This document shows, piece by piece, positions 58,356 to 64,000 of a stretch of 64,000 bases of DNA. The notes under the pieces were generated by a model, which was not told the DNA's origin, did not search any database, and worked only from the letters and a program-made list of their open reading frames with translations. Every line of letters begins with the position of its first letter. Position 1 is the first letter of the stretch. The stretch is taken from the NCBI GenBank assembly GCA_965228855.1, contig CBDDIJ010000005.1, forward strand, positions 448,001 through 512,000, in the 5' to 3' direction. A program made the translations under genes and the position numbers. This DNA is from Candidatus Obscuribacterales bacterium. Its GTDB lineage: Bacteria > Cyanobacteriota > Vampirovibrionia > Obscuribacterales > Obscuribacteraceae.

Positions 58356-59261
58356 GTGGCGACAATGACTCGTCAGGATGCTGGTGTCCCAACGGCGGAG
58401 AAAAAGACAGTGCACTCAATGACGCACAATGCGTACGGTAAGTCCAGAGTTAGACTTACTAAGGTCACTCGCGAAAAGGACATGCACGTCCTCCACGAAA
58501 TTGCAGTCGCAATTCAGTTAGAAGGCAAGTTTGAACGCTCTTACACCGAGGGTGACAACACCGAAGTAGTCGCCACCGACTCTATGAAGAACACGGTCTA
58601 TGTGCTCGCCGCCGAGCATCCACTTAGAGACATCGAATCATTCGGTAAGACTCTTGCAAAACATTTCCTGGATTCATATGAAAGCGTTTCCAAAGTGACA
58701 GTGCAACTGGAAGAAGAATTGTGGCACCGCATAGAAGTCGACGGGAAGCCTCATGCTAACTCATTTTACGGCGCCGGATCAGAAAAACATACAGCGCGAA
58801 TTACAGCGACCAAAGACAAAGTCGATGTTGTGTCGGGCATTGCCGGTTTGAAACTTGTAAAAACGACGGACTCCGAATTCTGGGGTTTTGTTCGGGACCG
58901 GTATACAACGCTGGTCGATGTTAAGGACAGAATCTTCGGAACAAGCGTCGAAGCAATCTGGCAATACACCAAGGATGGTGCTGATTACAAAAAATCGTAT
59001 GACACCATCCGCGCTACCATATTGGAAATATTTGCCACACATCATAGTCTCGCTGTTCAGCACACGCTTTACGACATCGGTCAAATTTCCCTGGACCGCG
59101 CGCCGGACGTGAGCGAGATAACCATCACCATGCCGAACGAACACCGAATTCCATTCAATCTGGAGCCGTTTGGTTTAACAAACAAAGACGAGGTGTTCGT
59201 GGCTACCGATGAGCCATTCGGCTTAATCAGCGGTACGCTTAAGCGAAACCAGAATAAGTAA
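58356..59261 (+). CDS. pucL: Urate oxidase (cofactor-independent uricase)
   Basis: YGKSRVR, VVATDSMKNTVY, VKTTDSEF, SLAVQHTLY, MPNEH and PFGLI motifs. Confidence 0.95.
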   Translation: MATMTRQDAGVPTAEKKTVHSMTHNAYGKSRVRLTKVTREKDMHVLHEIAVAIQLEGKFERSYTEGDNTEVVATDSMKNTVYVLAAEHPLRDIESFGKTLAKHFLDSYESVSKVTVQLEEELWHRIEVDGKPHANSFYGAGSEKHTARITATKDKVDVVSGIAGLKLVKTTDSEFWGFVRDRYTTLVDVKDRIFGTSVEAIWQYTKDGADYKKSYDTIRATILEIFATHHSLAVQHTLYDIGQISLDRAPDVSEITITMPNEHRIPFNLEPFGLTNKDEVFVATDEPFGLISGTLKRNQNK

Positions 59262-59382
59262 GACCAACAGTTGAAAGTCGATCACTAGCACTAAGCTCAG
59301 TCTCGATCACAAACCTCGACCGCAACCTTCGTCGCGACCGTTTCCAACCTGATCGGTGCTCAGGTAGTAAAACAAGATCCAG

Positions 59383-60681
59383 CTAAGAAGAGCCGGCTAA
59401 TTGTTTTACCCTTTCAAAACCAGCAAGGTCCTTGAGTTTTTCGAGTTCCTGGCGTTGCGCTTCTTTAACTTCGCCGTTATCGATCACCACCACCGACGGT
59501 GTCTTGTTTTCATCGCCGGCGTTATTCATCTGTGACAAAATCCAGTCCTCGACGAATGAAGAAACCTTCTCGGTCAGCTGACCTTCTTCCAATACAAGGT
59601 GTTCTGACCCGGCAACGATCGCAAATTGTTTACTTGGATTTTGTATCCGCTTGAACAAAAGTGCGGACGCTTCCGGTTTCGACAGTCGGTCGCCCAGCCC
59701 CTGCAAGATCAACACTGGAACGTCCTTGATGTGTTTAGCATTAAAAGGCGTCGAACGCATCAATCGATAATAATCGTACGCCTCGGGAACTGAATAATTC
59801 ATCCGATATGATTCATCGGTCAGCCACTGCTTTTTCAGGTCAGAATTATTGGAGGCCATGTTTGCAACAGAGCGAGCGGCAAAGCCAGGTTCACCAAATA
59901 CCTGATCGAATAATCCTTCGAACGTCAGTCGCTTTACTCCGCTGATTTGCCACGCCGGAGCAGACACAATCACTCCATCGACAAGCTCGGGGAAATCGGC
60001 GCCTACCTTCAGTGCGAGCGCGCCGCCCATCGATTCACCGACCACAAAGATTTTTTTGTCCGGATTTCGTTTGCGCACGCTGCCGAGAAGCTTCGATATG
60101 TCCTGCACAGTTCCAGGAAAATCGATACGCTTCATTCCGTGTTTTTTGCGGTCCAGACCGAAACCGCGAACATCAATCGCCGCGGTATCGAAGCCATGCG
60201 CAGACATCACCGCACCAAAATCGTTGAACTCGCGCGCCGACAGACCCCAGGCGTGTATGCAAAGGATGTAGGCATCCTTTGGTTCCGCGCTCTTCCATTC
60301 GAGCAGGTTCATGCGCTTCAAATGCCCATCACCACCGCCGTGGATATGCCGTTGTAGTTCCTCAGGAAACTCCTGGTAGGCGGGCGCACTTTTGATTAAT
60401 GCGGCATGCTCGACTGTTTTCTTTGTGGAAACCGGAAATGCATCGGACTTCACACCAGACCCAACGAAAAAGGACAATGCGCAAGCGACCGCTGTGACTG
60501 TTTTCTTCCACCAGCCAGCGAGGCGACCGGTTGTTCTAGAAGACGCTGTATCCGCGAACTTGTGATCACAGGCTTTCGTATGACTGGTGCGGCAAGCCAC
60601 GTCAAAGTGATCGCATGCCGCTTTGTGAGCGGCTCCTGAACGATTGCGCGACAATGCCTTGCTGGAGTTGAAACTGAGCAT
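59383..60681 (-). CDS. Alpha/beta hydrolase (lysophospholipase-like)
   Basis: DVRGFG, nucleophile elbow GESMGG, QGLGD and a C-terminal His (SEHLV). N-terminal hydrophobic segment. Confidence 0.85.
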   Translation of the reverse strand: MLSFNSSKALSRNRSGAAHKAACDHFDVACRTSHTKACDHKFADTASSRTTGRLAGWWKKTVTAVACALSFFVGSGVKSDAFPVSTKKTVEHAALIKSAPAYQEFPEELQRHIHGGGDGHLKRMNLLEWKSAEPKDAYILCIHAWGLSAREFNDFGAVMSAHGFDTAAIDVRGFGLDRKKHGMKRIDFPGTVQDISKLLGSVRKRNPDKKIFVVGESMGGALALKVGADFPELVDGVIVSAPAWQISGVKRLTFEGLFDQVFGEPGFAARSVANMASNNSDLKKQWLTDESYRMNYSVPEAYDYYRLMRSTPFNAKHIKDVPVLILQGLGDRLSKPEASALLFKRIQNPSKQFAIVAGSEHLVLEEGQLTEKVSSFVEDWILSQMNNAGDENKTPSVVVIDNGEVKEAQRQELEKLKDLAGFERVKQLAGSS

Positions 60682-60898
60682 GAGGAGTCCGGGGTATTAG
60701 CGGTGGCGACGTCCAGGTGAATCCAGTCTATCGTATATGACTACTTTTGCACAAATGAGCTGTTTGTCACCAGAAGGGAGATTTAGCCACGATTTAAGTG
60801 TGGCGAAAAGAGAAGTAAGTAGTGCTTTCATTTAGTCCTCCACTTGATACTTCTATATGCCCAATTCATGCGGCTTTTAGCCGTCGGACTCCTTTTCT

Positions 60899-62947
60899 TC
60901 ATAAACTTTGAACACTGGTCGCGGTCGATACACTCGCGCTTATGAAGGTTGCGCCGGTAGAAACCAGGGGGTCCTTCTCGCTTCCGGCCGAAACGCCAGA
61001 AGAGTTGGAGAGCGCGACTTTCTGGCTGGCAGCTTTGCGAACCCACCAGTCGTGATCGTATGTCATAACCTTGCGAACACCCTCCGGAAGGTAGGCCGTT
61101 TTCGCAACGAGTATACGAACATGCGCGTCTCGGTCAGCCGCCAAAATCGAGAGGGCGGCAAAAGGCGCGTAGGGATTGCGAGCAACCCACTCGCGAACAC
61201 GCACATCTTTGTCCTCGGCGAGCGCCAGTAGCGTCCCGGGCGCTGAATTCGAATTGGCTGCCACACGCATTCTTATGAGCGCACTTGGATCTGCGATAAG
61301 GCGATGGAGAATTTCCCTGGGCGTCTCAACCTGACCAGCCACGACCATTTTGGCATAGTGATTGTCTTCACGAACAATCTTCTGAAGCGACTGTATCGAG
61401 ACCCGCGCCAAGTTGAGGCTGGTACCGGGTTTGATACTATGCACATAGGTCTGTTTGTCGGCTGAAACCTGGCGCATGGCGGCTGGCGGACTGTTCGGGT
61501 TACTGGCTACAGCATGCCGGACCATCTCGCTTTCATCTTTCGACAGTGCGAGCAGAATGTCGGCAGTGGCATTTTCATTCCGCGCCAACCAGTGACGAAC
61601 ATTCGGATCCTCATCTCGGGAAAGTTTCCACATGAGGTTAATGGAACTGTCGGATGAGCGAGCGAGGACGATTCGCACTTCGGCAGCCGGGTCGTAAGCG
61701 AAGCGCTCCAGCAACTCAGCGGGGCGGTTGTCGCTCATCACCGCCAGATACCGAACAAACAAGTCAGGATCGGAAGACAGCACTGTAAGCGTATTACCGT
61801 TGACATTCTTATGCGCTGCAATCTCACGGCGAACGTACAAATTGGGATCGCGACAGAGCTTGTGCAATATTTCAGCAGTGCTGCGAGGATTCGCGGCGAC
61901 GGCCTGGCGTACGGACAATTCGCGATCATCACATAAGGCGCGCAAAGTAATGCTAGGTGTAAATGGATTTACGGATACCAGTTTTCTAACGGTCACCATC
62001 GGATCACAAGCAAGCGTTTGAAGCGTTGCCAGCGGCGCACTGTGATTTGCAGCAACACCCTGGCGTATAATCACCGAATCCTCGAATGCCAACCTCGCAA
62101 GCGCAGAAGCTGATGCTGAGGCGTTATAGGCAACATTCTCACGGACCTTCTCATCCGAATCCTTACTTAAATTATCGAGCGACGCCGGCGGAGTCAAAAC
62201 ATTTCTTGCCACAGCCCGACGAACAGCGACCGCTTCGTCCCGGGATAAAATCGCCAGCAATTTGCGAGGACATCTCGAATCAGAAACCGCTATTTCGCGC
62301 TGCTGAATCGAAGCGCCGGAAGTGAGAAAGTAAGCCCACTCCTGAGGAATGCCAATCTCGGCTTCCAATTTCCCTTGCTTAAATAGTGAATCAATCAACG
62401 AATCGCTTTCATTGGCGACACCGGATTCGGAAAGCTCAAGTGCAGCCAGCTCCGGAGGAATCGGCGTATTAACGGTCACCACATCGTCAAGGTCGGCATA
62501 TGGAACTTCTGCAACATCAGCGGCGATTCTGGCGACTCCCGATTCTCCGGCAAAATCTATGTATCCGGCAGCATCAGTCACACTGGCTACGCCGTAGGCA
62601 TCCGAAGTTATTGCCACAGGCAGAGAGTCTGTAAAACTTTTGACTCGACGGCTGTCGTCGATCAGGTTGACCACACCGTTTTCATTGACAGGCGGAGTGA
62701 CACCATCTCTGGTGTCATTAGGAATCAGCGGAGAAATGCACTCTTGCCACGCCCACTTCTCCGCCTTGCCATTGCGATGGATCAGAGGGCTGCTTAGCTT
62801 GTTCTGCCTGATGTCTCTCTGGGACGAAACCAATAGTGGAAACCTACCTGAATTTTCGGCACCCATCGGCGCCTGTGAACTATGCGCAGCCTTGTCAAGG
62901 GTATTGTGTGCCCTACACACGCTCATGTCGATGAAGAAAAAATTCAA
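60899..62947 (-). CDS. LRV (leucine-rich repeat variant/HEAT-like) repeat protein
   Basis: About 16 tandem 26-aa units of the form D-x-x-x-x-VR-x-x-VA-x-NP-x-x-P-x-x-x-L-x-x-L. Start uncertain. Confidence 0.85.
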   Translation of the reverse strand: MNFFFIDMSVCRAHNTLDKAAHSSQAPMGAENSGRFPLLVSSQRDIRQNKLSSPLIHRNGKAEKWAWQECISPLIPNDTRDGVTPPVNENGVVNLIDDSRRVKSFTDSLPVAITSDAYGVASVTDAAGYIDFAGESGVARIAADVAEVPYADLDDVVTVNTPIPPELAALELSESGVANESDSLIDSLFKQGKLEAEIGIPQEWAYFLTSGASIQQREIAVSDSRCPRKLLAILSRDEAVAVRRAVARNVLTPPASLDNLSKDSDEKVRENVAYNASASASALARLAFEDSVIIRQGVAANHSAPLATLQTLACDPMVTVRKLVSVNPFTPSITLRALCDDRELSVRQAVAANPRSTAEILHKLCRDPNLYVRREIAAHKNVNGNTLTVLSSDPDLFVRYLAVMSDNRPAELLERFAYDPAAEVRIVLARSSDSSINLMWKLSRDEDPNVRHWLARNENATADILLALSKDESEMVRHAVASNPNSPPAAMRQVSADKQTYVHSIKPGTSLNLARVSIQSLQKIVREDNHYAKMVVAGQVETPREILHRLIADPSALIRMRVAANSNSAPGTLLALAEDKDVRVREWVARNPYAPFAALSILAADRDAHVRILVAKTAYLPEGVRKVMTYDHDWWVRKAASQKVALSNSSGVSAGSEKDPLVSTGATFISASVSTATSVQSL

Positions 62948-63198
62948 CTAACGTCGATTGGTAGGTTGACCAAACGGACTCAAGTCCGCAAATCGCTGCT
63001 CTACAAGCATTGGCAGATTTGGGACAGCACGAAAATACGTCAAATTTGCACTATGGGAAAATGCCCACAACGGGCAATGCCTGGGGATTTTCCCATCTTA
63101 CCCCCTTGCGTGCCCTGAAACAGCCACCTGGCGGCGATTTACGTGAACACGCGCTGCGCCGCATTTGACCTCCGTATAGAACCGGTAAAGCCTCAGCT

Positions 63199-63230
63199 CA
63201 GAAAGTTAACCGCGAGCGGTTAACTTTCTG
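63199..63230. terminator. Perfect inverted repeat downstream of rpsR
   Basis: CAGAAAGTTAACCGC-GA-GCGGTTAACTTTCTG. Confidence 0.7.
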
Positions 63231-63268
63231 GCCAGGCATTTGCATCAGGGAAAAAAGTCGAGTGAGGC

Positions 63269-63517
63269 TCAGGCGGAACCTCCGCCAAACGGCAGCAAAC
63301 CGATTTCGCGCGCGCGTTTTATTGCCTTTGTGACCATGCGCTGATTCTTTCGACTCAAGCCGGTAATCCGCGCCGGTAGAATTTTGCCCGATTCGGCAAT
63401 GAACTTGCGGAGCAAGGAAACATCCTTGAAGTCGACATATTCGATTTTGTTCATGGCCAGTGGGTCTGGCTTGCGTCTCCGCAATTCAAAACGATCGGCG
63501 TTTCTTCTGGTTTTCAT
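63269..63517 (-). CDS. rpsR: 30S ribosomal protein bS18, Cys-less (non-zinc) form
   Basis: [25 protein letters not shown]...QR...AIKRAR.IGLLPF, with GGAG RBS. Confidence 0.95.
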   Translation of the reverse strand: MKTRRNADRFELRRRKPDPLAMNKIEYVDFKDVSLLRKFIAESGKILPARITGLSRKNQRMVTKAIKRAREIGLLPFGGGSA

Positions 63518-64000
63518 AAAACTGGATCTCCGTTTTTATATGATTATTCCAATCGGTCTCTTCATCCAAAGGTGCCTGAGCTCTACGTTCCAGCCAATCA
63601 CTTGCCCTACTGGTGGCATCGTCAATTTCCCAACGAGGTAAACTCGATTGCAGACGCGCAAATATGACATTGGCAACGGCAAGCGCCTCCAGATCTCCAT
63701 CTTGCTTAGCTCGAATGATAAGCGACCACATAAAGGCTTGCGTCTTATCGCGAAACTCCTCAGGTCCGTCTAACAGAAATTTCGCATAGACCGCCTGCGC
63801 AGGAGTAATGTCGTTATGCGATGCAAGCGATAACCAGATCTTTGCGTCCTTGTAATTTTGATTCGCAAGCGAATGGCATGCAAGTCCAAATTGAGCTCCG
63901 AGATGCCCGCCGCTTGCAGCTTCCTCGTATAAACGCGCGCTCAGTTCCGCATCGGATTTGACTCCCTGACCATGCGAATACATAAATGCAAGAACGCATT
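63486..64000 (-). CDS. Sel1-like repeat protein (5' partial)
   Basis: Frame stays open to the window edge ([13 protein letters not shown]...[17 protein letters not shown]), with DKTQAFMW. Confidence 0.8.
   Translation of the reverse strand, partial: CVLAFMYSHGQGVKSDAELSARLYEEAASGGHLGAQFGLACHSLANQNYKDAKIWLSLASHNDITPAQAVYAKFLLDGPEEFRDKTQAFMWSLIIRAKQDGDLEALAVANVIFARLQSSLPRWEIDDATSRASDWLERRAQAPLDEETDWNNHIKTEIQFYENQKKRRSF

Noticed and set aside
60828..60902. 24-aa basic ORF with an ATGA overlap on the LRV gene stop
   Set aside because: Too short, with no supporting RBS or motif, so it cannot be separated from chance.
1..64000. CRISPR arrays, IS elements, prophage, defence systems and rRNA
   Set aside because: No spaced direct-repeat arrays or transposase, integrase, phage or cas motifs were seen by eye, and intergenic gaps are short. 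Weak signals could have been missed without software.

Overview
Gene-dense core-chromosome segment with no integrase, transposase, phage gene or CRISPR array visible. The gene content (yggS-sepF, cyanobacterial-type RRM protein and Rcp1-like receiver, kinase-TM-LRR proteins, no photosynthesis genes) suggests a non-photosynthetic cyanobacterial relative (Vampirovibrionia/Melainabacteria); this is inference. Housekeeping genes: accD-accA, rsmE, yggS, sepF, obgE, pheST, pyrD, tRNA-Lys(TTT) and an orphan Cys-less rpsR. Catabolic blocks: a reductive pyrimidine operon (aminotransferase, beta-ureidopropionase, preT, preA, but no dihydropyrimidinase) and a complete urate-to-malate pathway (pucL, allB, alc, uraD, uraH, allA, aceB). 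Envelope genes: an MBOAT/SGNH pair and two tandem GT-C paralogs. The best leads are: (1) a 989-aa membrane-anchored acidic scaffold ending in a Roadblock/MglB domain; (2) a hybrid kinase with an in-frame internal ribosome binding site that could release a separate receiver-LRV protein; (3) an attenuator-like leader on the pyrimidine operon; (4) an unannotated heptad-repeat small ORF between the MBOAT and SGNH genes; (5) an intact plus degenerate GT-C paralog pair. All calls were made by eye, without database searches.
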